Origin: Paracoccaceae bacterium
GTDB lineage: Bacteria > Pseudomonadota > Alphaproteobacteria > Rhodobacterales > Rhodobacteraceae
NCBI GenBank assembly: GCA_033723355.1
Contig: JAWVXG010000003.1
Span: 64,747-128,746 of the forward strand
DNA: 64,000 bases
Direction: 5' to 3'
The position numbers and the translations under genes are program-made. This document shows, piece after piece, positions 47,381 through 55,459 of this stretch. The notes beneath the pieces are model-generated. The model was not told the DNA's origin and did not search any database. It saw only the letters and a list, made by a program, of their open reading frames with translations. Position 1 is the stretch's first letter. Each line of letters begins with the position of its first letter.

Positions 47381-47406
47381 GACTATGAGTCCACAGACTA
47401 TCAGTA
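47381..47406 (-). promoter_or_regulatory. tandem C-box operator
   Basis: GACTATGAGTC-CACA-GACTATCAGTA has the form GACT-N3-AGTC / N4 / GACT-N3-AGTa. It lies 24-49 bp upstream of the C-gene ATG. Confidence 0.7.
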
Positions 47407-47650
47407 CCATCGATGGGGGTGGCTGCCTTGGGGTCCGTTGAGTTTGCAGCGTTTAACTGAAGAAACCTACCAGCAAACCCTCAAGAGGAACGTGGTTCGC
47501 TTCGGCAGCAAGCTGAGAGCGATGATGCTTGAACCGCATTCAACGAGCGGGTGCTGTTTTGCTATTCTGACTAGGAGCCACGCGCCAATCCCGGCGTAGC
47601 ATCCCGGCCCTCAGGCATGAAATGTCCTGAAATACGCATCATGGTGGTGA

Positions 47651-47905
47651 TCAGAGCAAGCACACCTGAGCCTGTTCACGCATAACGGCGTAGTCCGCGA
47701 GCATCTCCGCGACCGCCGAACCCTCCGGCAGCAGGGCCAGCTCATCAGCCGCGCGCGCCTGAGCCTCGCGGCTGTACTGGACCACTGGCGGGCAAACGAT
47801 GCCGATGGGCGGATTAGAACCGACCGTCGCGCAGCCGCTCAGCAAGCTCGTCGCGATCGCGAGGGCGGCGAGACGCAGCCTCCAGCATCCGGCGTTGGAC
47901 ATCAT
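47651..47905 (-). CDS. outer-membrane lipoprotein, o-spanin candidate
   Basis: Lipobox LLSGC after the signal peptide. Small and Pro-containing. Its start lies inside the preceding gene in another frame. Confidence 0.65.
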   Translation of the reverse strand: MMSNAGCWRLRLAALAIATSLLSGCATVGSNPPIGIVCPPVVQYSREAQARAADELALLPEGSAVAEMLADYAVMREQAQVCLL

Positions 47906-48071
47906 TGGCCTTCTCCGTGGTTTTAAGGCGATCGGCGAGGCGTCCCGCTCGCTCGCCAGACCGCCGAAGCGAAAGCAGGAATAGGAGCACGGCGAGGACG
48001 ATGGCGCCGTAGCGCAGCGCCGCCCGCACCCACGGGCTGGCCGTGATCCCGGTGAGGAGCGCAGCGATCAC
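47814..48071 (-). CDS. small N-terminal-TM protein, i-spanin candidate (or holin)
   Basis: One N-terminal TM segment followed by a charged helical region. Overlaps the lipoprotein gene by 92 nt and the endolysin stop by 4 nt. Confidence 0.5.
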   Translation of the reverse strand: MIAALLTGITASPWVRAALRYGAIVLAVLLFLLSLRRSGERAGRLADRLKTTEKANDVQRRMLEAASRRPRDRDELAERLRDGRF

Positions 48072-48748
48072 CGCCGCCCACGCTTCCAGTCATCGAGCCG
48101 GGCGTAGATCGTGACCGCGATGCCGCCGAGCGCCACGGCGATGAACACCCAGCGCAGGGTGTCGAGATACGGCACAAGCGGCAGGATGGCGGTCTGGGTC
48201 TCGGCCAGGACGCTCTGCGCGACCTCCACGCCCGCAGCACCCAACGTCGCCACACCGGCCGCCCCGCCGCCCTTCATCGTGCGGCTGTCGGCCAGCACCT
48301 CGCGCGCGGGCGGCGTCTCGGCTGCAAATGCCGTCGCCCGCACCGGGAACCGCTCGCCCCACTGGCGCGCGGGGCCGAGGTCGACGTGCATGAAGCCCGA
48401 GCGCGGATAGAACCCGAAGCCGAGGAACCCGACCTCCCGTGCCGCGGCCTCGAACGCCGCCGGGTCGTGGTTCGCCATGGCGATGTCGAAGGCGGCGCCG
48501 TCGAGGTGCTTGGAGCGGGTCGCGCCGCCCACCTTGCGGTTGTGCTCAGGGCTGCGATAGGCGGACCGTACGATCAGCGGCTTGCCCAGCCGGTCGCGCA
48601 GAGCTTGCAGTTTGTCCAGCGCCTCGGGGTGCAGCTTGATCTGCCCCGTGCCACGGCAGGCGATTTCGGCGGGCGAGAAGTTCGGCCACCGCCAAAGGTT
48701 CTGCGGCACATCGCGGAAATGGCGGAAGGTGCGAATGGGTTCAGACAT
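48068..48748 (-). CDS. peptidase M15-type (D-Ala-D-Ala carboxypeptidase-like) endolysin with a C-terminal TM segment
   Basis: SAYRSPEHNRKVGGATRSKHLDGAAFD ... MHVD zinc-ligand pattern of M15 peptidases. Hydrophobic C-terminal helix. Confidence 0.75.
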   Translation of the reverse strand: MSEPIRTFRHFRDVPQNLWRWPNFSPAEIACRGTGQIKLHPEALDKLQALRDRLGKPLIVRSAYRSPEHNRKVGGATRSKHLDGAAFDIAMANHDPAAFEAAAREVGFLGFGFYPRSGFMHVDLGPARQWGERFPVRATAFAAETPPAREVLADSRTMKGGGAAGVATLGAAGVEVAQSVLAETQTAILPLVPYLDTLRWVFIAVALGGIAVTIYARLDDWKRGRR

Positions 48749-48857
48749 AGGAGAGTTCCTTTGCGAAGGGACGACAAGACGCGCCCGCAGTGACGCGAAT
48801 GCGGGTTGGCGTGGTTTCAGGTGATGGGGTTGGGTCGCGGGACGACCCGGTTGGCGC

Positions 48858-49148
48858 TCAGCCGCCCGGACCGAAGATCTTCAGCTTCAGCGCGATGCCC
48901 GCGAGCAGCGCGAGGATGATGCCGGTGGTGACGAGATGGACCGTGGTCTGCACCGCGGTGCGTCGCACGAAGCGGATGCAGTCGAGCAGCGCGCGCAGGT
49001 CGCGGACATCCATCGCGGCCTCCTCGCCGTCGAGTCCGGCATCCGCGAGCGCGCGCTTGGCGCCCTCTTGGGCCGCACGTACCAGCAGTTCCTCGAACTC
49101 GGCATCGGGCATGCGGACATGGCCCTCTCCGGAGCGACGCGGGCTCAT
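48858..49148 (-). CDS. small membrane protein (holin candidate)
   Basis: 96 aa with the C-terminal TM VHLVTTGIILALLAGIAL. ATGA-coupled to the upstream tail gene. Confidence 0.45.
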   Translation of the reverse strand: MSPRRSGEGHVRMPDAEFEELLVRAAQEGAKRALADAGLDGEEAAMDVRDLRALLDCIRFVRRTAVQTTVHLVTTGIILALLAGIALKLKIFGPGG

Positions 49149-50143
49149 GCCGACAGGATCCCGACCTCGTTGGGCAAGGTCAGATCGCTCCAGGGGCTCG
49201 CGTCGGCCGGGTTCACCGCCCAGCTCGAATAGACGGGCTTGGGCGCGAGGTCCGGCACGGTCTCGGGGGCGGCATCGTGGTTGACCCCGCCGATGCGCAG
49301 GAAGCCTGCCGTGGCGTCGGGCCCAACCGTGCCCGCCTGCGCGATCTGCTTGAGATGCACGCCCGCGATGGCCGAAACCGAGGCGGGTCCGGTCGGGCCA
49401 GTCAGAGAGAAGGACATGCGCTGCCCCGCTGCCGTGCTGGCGACCCGCGTGGCGATATCGCCATCACGAAGCGCATCGATGCTGCCCACCATCTGGTTGA
49501 AGCTGGCAATGGCATTCGGGCTGCGGCGCACAAAACGCCGCCCGATGGTCGAAACCCCGTCGAGCGCCGCGATATGGGCGTAGTACCAGGTGCGGATGGA
49601 GGAAGTCCCGTGCAGGGCGGTGTTGGCAAAGACCACGTGGCGCGGCTTGCCCTTTCCATTCGCATTCGCGGCGGTGGCCGTCGATTGCAGGACGCCCTCG
49701 ACATGGAACTCGATGGTGATCTGGGCGCCGACCGCCACCCGCACGTCGATCCATTGCGGCTGGCCATTGGGGGCGGTGTAGGAGGAGCTGCCCTGCACGC
49801 TGGTGTCGCCAGCGGCGATGGCGTGATAGCGGTTGGTCGTCGTGACCGGCTTGATCTGGGCCAGCAGCACGTTGGTAGCTGAATAAAATTCCAGAAAGCT
49901 TGCCTCTGACCGCGAGATGCTGTTGGCATCCCCGTTGGGCGGCACATAGCGGAACCCCAGCCAGAGATCGCCCGCAGGTTCCGGCACCGAGAAGGAGAAC
50001 GGCGCGGAATAGGTGCTCGATCCGGAATGCCGGACGGCGTTGACGTCGAGCGTCGGGTCGAACCCTCCGGCGGTCGTGTTCAGAAGCCCCGAGATGCCGG
50101 CGATGTCGGTGGGCTGGTGGCCCAAATGCAGGATGTAACTCAT
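49145..50143 (-). CDS. phage tail-associated hypothetical protein
   Basis: Start at the ATG at 50143, overlapping the upstream stop (ATGA). The annotated 651-aa ORF extends artefactually upstream. Confidence 0.55.
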   Translation of the reverse strand: MSYILHLGHQPTDIAGISGLLNTTAGGFDPTLDVNAVRHSGSSTYSAPFSFSVPEPAGDLWLGFRYVPPNGDANSISRSEASFLEFYSATNVLLAQIKPVTTTNRYHAIAAGDTSVQGSSSYTAPNGQPQWIDVRVAVGAQITIEFHVEGVLQSTATAANANGKGKPRHVVFANTALHGTSSIRTWYYAHIAALDGVSTIGRRFVRRSPNAIASFNQMVGSIDALRDGDIATRVASTAAGQRMSFSLTGPTGPASVSAIAGVHLKQIAQAGTVGPDATAGFLRIGGVNHDAAPETVPDLAPKPVYSSWAVNPADASPWSDLTLPNEVGILSA

Positions 50144-51009
50144 GGCAGTTCCACTTCGATGTAGAGGGCGGATTGGGCGGCGGTGAGGGACGTGCCCCCG
50201 CCGTGATCGAGGAAGATCGAGACGCCGCCCGAGGTTAGACGCGTGCCGCCGCCGAGATCGAACCAGGCCTCGAACTCGCCGACGCTGAGGTCCTTGTCCC
50301 AGGCCAGTTCGATGAAGGCATGCGCCTCGAAGATGCGCAGGTCTGGGTGTTCGTATCCGAGAGGCAGCACGCCGGGCGGCACCGGATAGCTGAACTGCGA
50401 GGGCTGCGAGCGCAGCGTGCCGCCGTCGCCGGGATTGCGGCCCTGGACCTGCGGATAGAAGGCCGTGCTCTGCGCGGCCGTCCAGGTGGCCGCCCCGCTC
50501 ACCGGATCGTCGCGCCAGACGCCGTTCTTCCCGACCCAGAGGCGCGCAATCGCCGGATCGAGAACGAACATCAGCACGTCGCCCGCGCCGAAGGTGGGCA
50601 GGCCAGTGAGGCGCTGCTCGGCCACGGTGTTGTTTGACGACCAGAGGGAGCCGTTGCCGCGATAGGCGATCGAGCCCAGCGTGATCGGGTTGTTGCCGGT
50701 ATTGAACTCCTCGCGCTGCGCGGCGGAGACGACGCCTATGTAGCCGTCGAAACTGGCGGCCCCGCTGGCTACACAGAGAACTTCCCAATAGCGCCGCCCA
50801 TCCGAGGGCAGGATGGCCTTGGCACTCGGCACCCAGCGCATGTAGTTGGTCCCGCCAGAGGTGTTCACTGCGGTCTGGTTGCCATCCGACAGCGTGTAGC
50901 CCGGAGGGCGCCGCGTAGTGTCGAGCTGCCAGACAGTGCCGATATCGACCGGCGGGGCCGTATCGCCGCCTTGCGCGAGGATGGCGGCGCGCATCATCAG
51001 CAGGCTCAT
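50140..51009 (-). CDS. SPRY-domain phage protein
   Basis: DGRRYWEVLCVASG ... YIGVV ... GDVLMFVLDPAIARLWVGKNG shows the SPRY hallmarks. Start at 51009 (ATGA overlap). Confidence 0.65.
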   Translation of the reverse strand: MSLLMMRAAILAQGGDTAPPVDIGTVWQLDTTRRPPGYTLSDGNQTAVNTSGGTNYMRWVPSAKAILPSDGRRYWEVLCVASGAASFDGYIGVVSAAQREEFNTGNNPITLGSIAYRGNGSLWSSNNTVAEQRLTGLPTFGAGDVLMFVLDPAIARLWVGKNGVWRDDPVSGAATWTAAQSTAFYPQVQGRNPGDGGTLRSQPSQFSYPVPPGVLPLGYEHPDLRIFEAHAFIELAWDKDLSVGEFEAWFDLGGGTRLTSGGVSIFLDHGGGTSLTAAQSALYIEVELP

Positions 51010-51683
51010 GCGACGGCCCCCGCCAGCGCGCCCTGGATGATCCAGGCATCCGCCCCGCGTTTGACGAGGGCGGCGCCTGACCACTGGCCATCGAGCGCAA
51101 CAGAACCGCCCGTCACGCCATTGAGCGACACCCCCGCTGCCGCCGTGACCGTGGCGATCCCGGCACCGACCTGCGTCACGTTGATGAGCGTGCCGATCTC
51201 GAAGGGTACGGTCGCCTCGACCGGGATCGTCACGGTGACGGCCGAGGAGCCAGTTGTTTCGAGGATGCTGCCCAGATCGACGGCTTCCAGCGTGTGGCTG
51301 GTTGCCGTCAGCGTCCGGATCCTCACCACACCGGGTCTGGGCACCTCGACCCATGCCCCGGCGGTGAAACGGACATGCCGCGCTTCATCCGCGATCCAGA
51401 CCTGCCAGCCCTCCTCTGGGGTCAGGAAGACCCAAGCAGCCGCCCCGGCTGGCGACTGATCCCAGAGGGCGAGCGCATTGGCATTGGCGCCAGCCGAGGC
51501 GGGCACGATGGCGATCTGGCCCGCGGTGCCGGTCGCAGGAAGTGCTGCGGTCCGCGATGTGGCGCGCGCCTGCACGAGGGCCGAGAGACGGCGCAGGTCT
51601 TCGCTGAGGCTGGTGCCCCAGTTGCGCTGGCCGGGATCGTAGAAGGCGCGCAGCCCCAGTCCCGGCATGATCCGTTCGGGCAT
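51006..51683 (-). CDS. DUF2793-like phage tail fibre/accessory protein
   Basis: AGQIAIVPA ... LALWD ... WVFLTPEEGWQVWIADEARHVRFTAGAW pattern recalled for DUF2793. Located after the J-like gene. Confidence 0.55.
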   Translation of the reverse strand: MPERIMPGLGLRAFYDPGQRNWGTSLSEDLRRLSALVQARATSRTAALPATGTAGQIAIVPASAGANANALALWDQSPAGAAAWVFLTPEEGWQVWIADEARHVRFTAGAWVEVPRPGVVRIRTLTATSHTLEAVDLGSILETTGSSAVTVTIPVEATVPFEIGTLINVTQVGAGIATVTAAAGVSLNGVTGGSVALDGQWSGAALVKRGADAWIIQGALAGAVA

Positions 51684-51718
51684 GCTTGGTCTCGCTTGTC
51701 GTTATGTGATGGCGGGGC

Positions 51719-54700
51719 TCAGGTGCCCCAGAGGAAGCCCCAGCCGCGATCCCAGCCGGCAGCAAAGGGCGCGGTGAGCCGGAACCGGCGCGCCTCGCGG
51801 TCGGTGAGCCAGGCGCCTCCAACCAGACGACGCGAGCGCACGGCGAGGTCGATCTCGGCGGTCCGCTCCGGCGCGCCGGTCTCGGGGATGTCCTCGGGCG
51901 CCAGCGTCCAGCTTGTGCCGGTGCCAGCATCAATGACGATGCCGGGCGGCATGAGCGCTGCGCCCGTGTCGGGGTCGATCCAGCGCACCTCAATCGCGTA
52001 ACCGACGCCTGGCTCCGGCCCGATGGAGGCTGCGGTGTGATCGACGATCACGGGGCTTGTCTGGGTCAGCCGGTCCCGATGTGTCCAGGTCAGCACCAGA
52101 TCATCGGCGATCAGCGCATCGACATCGGGAGCATAGCTGCCATTGGCCTGCACCCGACCGGGCGGCAGGGGCCGGATGGCGCGCCGGTCGAGCGTCACGC
52201 TGTCCTCGGGCGCCAGCGCGAAGGCGAGCGTGCCACGCCCCGTTTCGGGTAGAAGCCGGATCGCGAGGGTCTCGCCTGCCGCCCAGCTGTCCTCGGTGAT
52301 CCGCGCGCCCTCGTCGAAGAAGATCACTGGCGTATCTGCGTCATGCGCCCTCGGCACGGTATCGAGGCATCCCCTGCCAACGGTGATGGCCGTTGAGGTG
52401 ATCCCGTCGACGCGCACCAGTTCGCCACCGAGGCTCGCCAGTGTGCCGATCCCGACCTCGCCGATGTCGCGCCAGCCGGTGACCGGGAGAACGCGCGCCT
52501 CCGGGCTATAGGTCACGTCAGCAGCGAGCAGCGCCATGGGTGCGAAGGCGACCACGCCCTCCTGTGCCGGGCCCGTGCCAGGATCGATCCAGAGCTCGGC
52601 CGCCAGCGCATCGGCACTGGGACGTTCACCGGTGGCGACCACCGCGCCCGCATCAGGATCCTCCGACAGGATCCGGTCGGCCTCACTGTGACCGAGTTCG
52701 CGGACCAGCAACCAGTACGGGGCTTCCTCCACCATGCGGCGGGACAGTGCGCGCGGCGGAGCAGCGACCCCTGACCCGGTCGGCATGCGCCCGCCTGCGA
52801 TGGCAGTGGCTCCCAGTGCAAAGACGTCCTCGGCGAGCTTCAGCCGGATGCCGTTGTCGCGGCCGTCGCCCTGACCGATCTCCGAGATGCGCATGACAAC
52901 ATCGTCGAGCCCGAGGCGGGGCGACCGCAGTCGGATCACATCGCCGGGCCCGAGATCCGCGCCTTCGCGGTTCACCACGATCTCGCCCGTAAGCAGCGGT
53001 ACCGAGAGCGCCCGCAGGTCGCGCTCGGCCACACGGATCGCCAGCCCCTGGTAGCGGATGCCCGGATAGTCGAGCGTGGTGGCGATCACCTCGCCCATGG
53101 ACTGGACGCGCGCGGTGTCGGTGACAGAGACCGCCCCCGTGTCGTCGGTCCAGGCATCGGTGAAACGCACGGCGACGCTGTTAACCAGATCCGACGGCGC
53201 ACGACGCCCCAGCCTCCCCCAATCCACGACATTGGTCTCGTCGAACAAGGGCAGTGCGCTGGCCGTGTAGTCGGCCCGGATCAGCCTGATCTCCCAGAGC
53301 CCGGTGCGCCGGTCGATGAAGAGCGTCGCGTCGATATGGTCGAGAACGCTGCCGATGAACTCCTCGATGGAACTGTCCTGCTGCCAGATCAGCGACAGGC
53401 CAAAGCCCTCGGTGTAGAGCGTGTCCGCGGCGGTCGTGAAACTCGCCCCGATCTCGACCGTGGAATAGCCAAGCCCCCAGTCACGGTTCGTCAGGCACTC
53501 CCGGATGATATGGGCCGGGTTCATATCCGGGCCGTTCCCGAAGGCGCCGCGCAGGGAGGCAACCAGCGCCTGCGGGTTGCCGGCCGGGATCACCGGCACG
53601 CCGTCCACGGGCGTGTTGTCGATGCGCGCGGTAGAGGTCGTGTTCGCGAGCGCGATGTTGAAGCCGAAGATGTCGGCGGGCGGCAGGGTGCGGATGATCG
53701 CCAGCGCCGCGTCGACCGAAGAGACCGGCGATGGCTCGCCATCGGTCACGAAGATCACGATCCGCCGCTTCGACCCGCCGCCCGCGAAAAACGCTCCCGC
53801 CTGCGAAAAGGCGGCATCGAAGCTGGTTCCACCAGCGGTGCTGTTCGAGAGCGCCAGCATCCAGGCTTCGAGCGCGGCATAGTCGTCCGGGCCCATGTTA
53901 CGGCGCTCGATCGCGCCTGCAACGCCCGCGTTCCAGAGCACGATGCGGATGTCGTTCGGCCGGTCGGGATCGACGCTGGCCCCGATCTCGCGGATGAGCG
54001 CCGCGACGCCCGCCTTTTGGGCCGCCATTCGGGTGCCGGACATCGAGCCCGAGACATCGAGCGCGATGTAGATCGCCGCGTCCGAGATATTGGCCTCGGG
54101 CACGATGGCGGCCTTCTCGGGGTACCATTGCGCTGCACCCGCTTCGCCCGTCAGCACGCGGGTCACGCGCACCGCCCAAGGCTTCAGGTACGGGTTGATG
54201 CCGAGATAGACCTGCCGCAGCACGAGGCTGCAGAGTCCGCGATAGCCGGGCACGTCGCCATTCATGGCTGCTGCGAGGTAATCGTTCTGCCCTTGGGCTG
54301 GCCCGCCCATCAGCACATCGACATCGCCGCGAATGCCCCCCTCGCGGCTGTCGCCGCCGAAGAGGTCGGGCTTGTCGATACGGATACGCCCGCCACCGGC
54401 ACCTGTGTTGCTGGCGGCGGTGGTCGCCTCGAACACCTCGACCGCTTGCGTGGGGAAGCTCAGCGCCTCGGGCAGCACGGACCACGCGGTCACATTGGTG
54501 GCGGCGTTGAAGGTAACACCGCGCAGCGTGATGGTCTGGCTCGTGCCATTCGCCAATTGCAGCCGGTAGTCCCGGCCGATGCGCACCCCGGCGCGCGTCC
54601 CCGGAAAGGTGATCGTGGCGCCGGTATCGCCCGCCAGCGCGGCAGTGGCGGTCATGCCTGCAACCGCGCCGATCCGCGTCTCCACGGCAGCACCACCGCC

Positions 54701-54850
54701 CGAGACGCCGCCGCCGGTCGTGACAGACCAGGCGGTGCGGCGGTCAACGAGGATCTCGCGGATGGCATCGATCGGCCCATGGCAGAGCGCCAGATGCATC
54801 CCCAGCGAGTACCGGAAGCCAACAGTCTGCGCCTTGCTACGCCCGCCCAT
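51719..54850 (-). CDS. host-specificity / central tail fibre protein (lambda gpJ / GTA g15-like) with an embedded vWA domain
   Basis: N-terminus MGGRSKAQTVGFRYSLGMHLALCHGPID parallels the start of lambda J. 1043 aa. MIDAS motif DVSGSMSG ... T ... VTDG at residues about 258-375. Confidence 0.8.
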   Translation of the reverse strand: MGGRSKAQTVGFRYSLGMHLALCHGPIDAIREILVDRRTAWSVTTGGGVSGGGAAVETRIGAVAGMTATAALAGDTGATITFPGTRAGVRIGRDYRLQLANGTSQTITLRGVTFNAATNVTAWSVLPEALSFPTQAVEVFEATTAASNTGAGGGRIRIDKPDLFGGDSREGGIRGDVDVLMGGPAQGQNDYLAAAMNGDVPGYRGLCSLVLRQVYLGINPYLKPWAVRVTRVLTGEAGAAQWYPEKAAIVPEANISDAAIYIALDVSGSMSGTRMAAQKAGVAALIREIGASVDPDRPNDIRIVLWNAGVAGAIERRNMGPDDYAALEAWMLALSNSTAGGTSFDAAFSQAGAFFAGGGSKRRIVIFVTDGEPSPVSSVDAALAIIRTLPPADIFGFNIALANTTSTARIDNTPVDGVPVIPAGNPQALVASLRGAFGNGPDMNPAHIIRECLTNRDWGLGYSTVEIGASFTTAADTLYTEGFGLSLIWQQDSSIEEFIGSVLDHIDATLFIDRRTGLWEIRLIRADYTASALPLFDETNVVDWGRLGRRAPSDLVNSVAVRFTDAWTDDTGAVSVTDTARVQSMGEVIATTLDYPGIRYQGLAIRVAERDLRALSVPLLTGEIVVNREGADLGPGDVIRLRSPRLGLDDVVMRISEIGQGDGRDNGIRLKLAEDVFALGATAIAGGRMPTGSGVAAPPRALSRRMVEEAPYWLLVRELGHSEADRILSEDPDAGAVVATGERPSADALAAELWIDPGTGPAQEGVVAFAPMALLAADVTYSPEARVLPVTGWRDIGEVGIGTLASLGGELVRVDGITSTAITVGRGCLDTVPRAHDADTPVIFFDEGARITEDSWAAGETLAIRLLPETGRGTLAFALAPEDSVTLDRRAIRPLPPGRVQANGSYAPDVDALIADDLVLTWTHRDRLTQTSPVIVDHTAASIGPEPGVGYAIEVRWIDPDTGAALMPPGIVIDAGTGTSWTLAPEDIPETGAPERTAEIDLAVRSRRLVGGAWLTDREARRFRLTAPFAAGWDRGWGFLWGT

Positions 54851-55043
54851 CGCATGCCTCCCGCTGCTCGGCGATCGTGATCACCGGCTCCACCAGCGCA
54901 TCCCCGGTCGCGCGCAGCCGATCGACCTCGATGCCGTGAGCAAGGAAATCCTGCCAGTCCAGCCCATGGCGGCGGAACCATGGCCGCACGCCTGCGAGGC
55001 AATAGCGGGCATCGCGCAGGTCCTGGATCGTCACGCGGGTCAC
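54837..55043 (-). CDS. small phage protein (68 aa) between the I-like and J-like genes
   Basis: GTG start overlapping the upstream stop (GTGA). Its 3' end overlaps the J start by 14 nt. No motif recognised. Confidence 0.4.
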   Translation of the reverse strand: MTRVTIQDLRDARYCLAGVRPWFRRHGLDWQDFLAHGIEVDRLRATGDALVEPVITIAEQREACDGRA

Positions 55044-55288
55044 TTCTTTCCGCCTTTCTTCTTGATCGGATCAACCTTCAGGTCGCCTGCCCAGACGACG
55101 TTCGGCCCGGTGATCAGCACCGTCCCGAACACCACCGGGATCGGCCGACCCTCCTCGGCGGTGGGCAGCGAAAAATCATCGAGCCCTGCGGCTTGCGGCT
55201 TCTCGACCTTGGGGCGCGGGCTCAGCGCATAGGAAATCGCCGAGAGCACCAGCCCGAGGACGAGCCGTGCGATAAAGGTCCAGACCAT
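55040..55288 (-). CDS. tail assembly protein, lambda gpI C-terminal-domain-like
   Basis: A hydrophobic N-terminus followed by PTAEEGRPIPVVFGTVLITGPNVVWAGDL parallels the gpI C-terminus (NVLPVLYGEMRVGSRVV). Confidence 0.6.
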   Translation of the reverse strand: MVWTFIARLVLGLVLSAISYALSPRPKVEKPQAAGLDDFSLPTAEEGRPIPVVFGTVLITGPNVVWAGDLKVDPIKKKGGKK

Positions 55289-55459
55289 GGATGGTGCTCA
55301 CGATGGGTTGCAACAGTCAGCGAGTCGTTGTTCTTGATAGGATCGTCGCTGGACGCTTCGTACCCGTCTGCGTCCAGATCAAAGGGCGAAAGATCTTGAA
55401 CGATTTACCGGCACTGGCAGTGGCATAAGCCCAGTCCGCATAATAGAAGACGCTACGAT

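Larger units (their letters stand above)
32455..47650. mobile_element. lower-GC genomic island: defence, toxin-antitoxin and recombinase cargo
   Basis: By eye, base composition drops sharply relative to both flanks. Contains an IS remnant, a serine recombinase, ParDE and two methyltransferase-containing loci. Exact ends were not determined. Confidence 0.6.

Noticed and set aside
32866-47650. tRNA gene or obvious direct repeats marking island attachment sites
   Set aside because: No T-loop or cloverleaf-like sequence was recognised by eye at either border, and no long direct repeats were found. This cannot be excluded without a computational scan (tRNAscan-SE plus repeat search).
49145-51100. 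651-aa ORF, and the 404-aa ORF at 50140..51354, taken as full-length genes
   Set aside because: Their N-terminal extensions overlap upstream genes out of frame and look non-coding. Internal ATGs at 50143 and 51009 give ATGA-coupled genes.
53336-54880. 514-aa plus-strand ORF antisense to the J-like gene. The antisense ORFs at 9959..11581, 16534..18270, 2628..3614, 3611..4606 and 23594..25090 are of the same kind.
   Set aside because: All have a biased R/G/H/Q/D composition and no motifs. Each lies opposite a gene with strong family signatures.
51719-55288. Idea that the J-like gene is split by an insertion (N-terminal 82-aa piece plus main body)
   Set aside because: The 82-aa protein parallels the C-terminus of lambda gpI, and the main ORF starts like lambda J (MGKGSSKG versus MGGRSKAQ). 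Separate I and J genes are therefore the normal lambda-like layout. Only the extra 68-aa ORF remains noteworthy.
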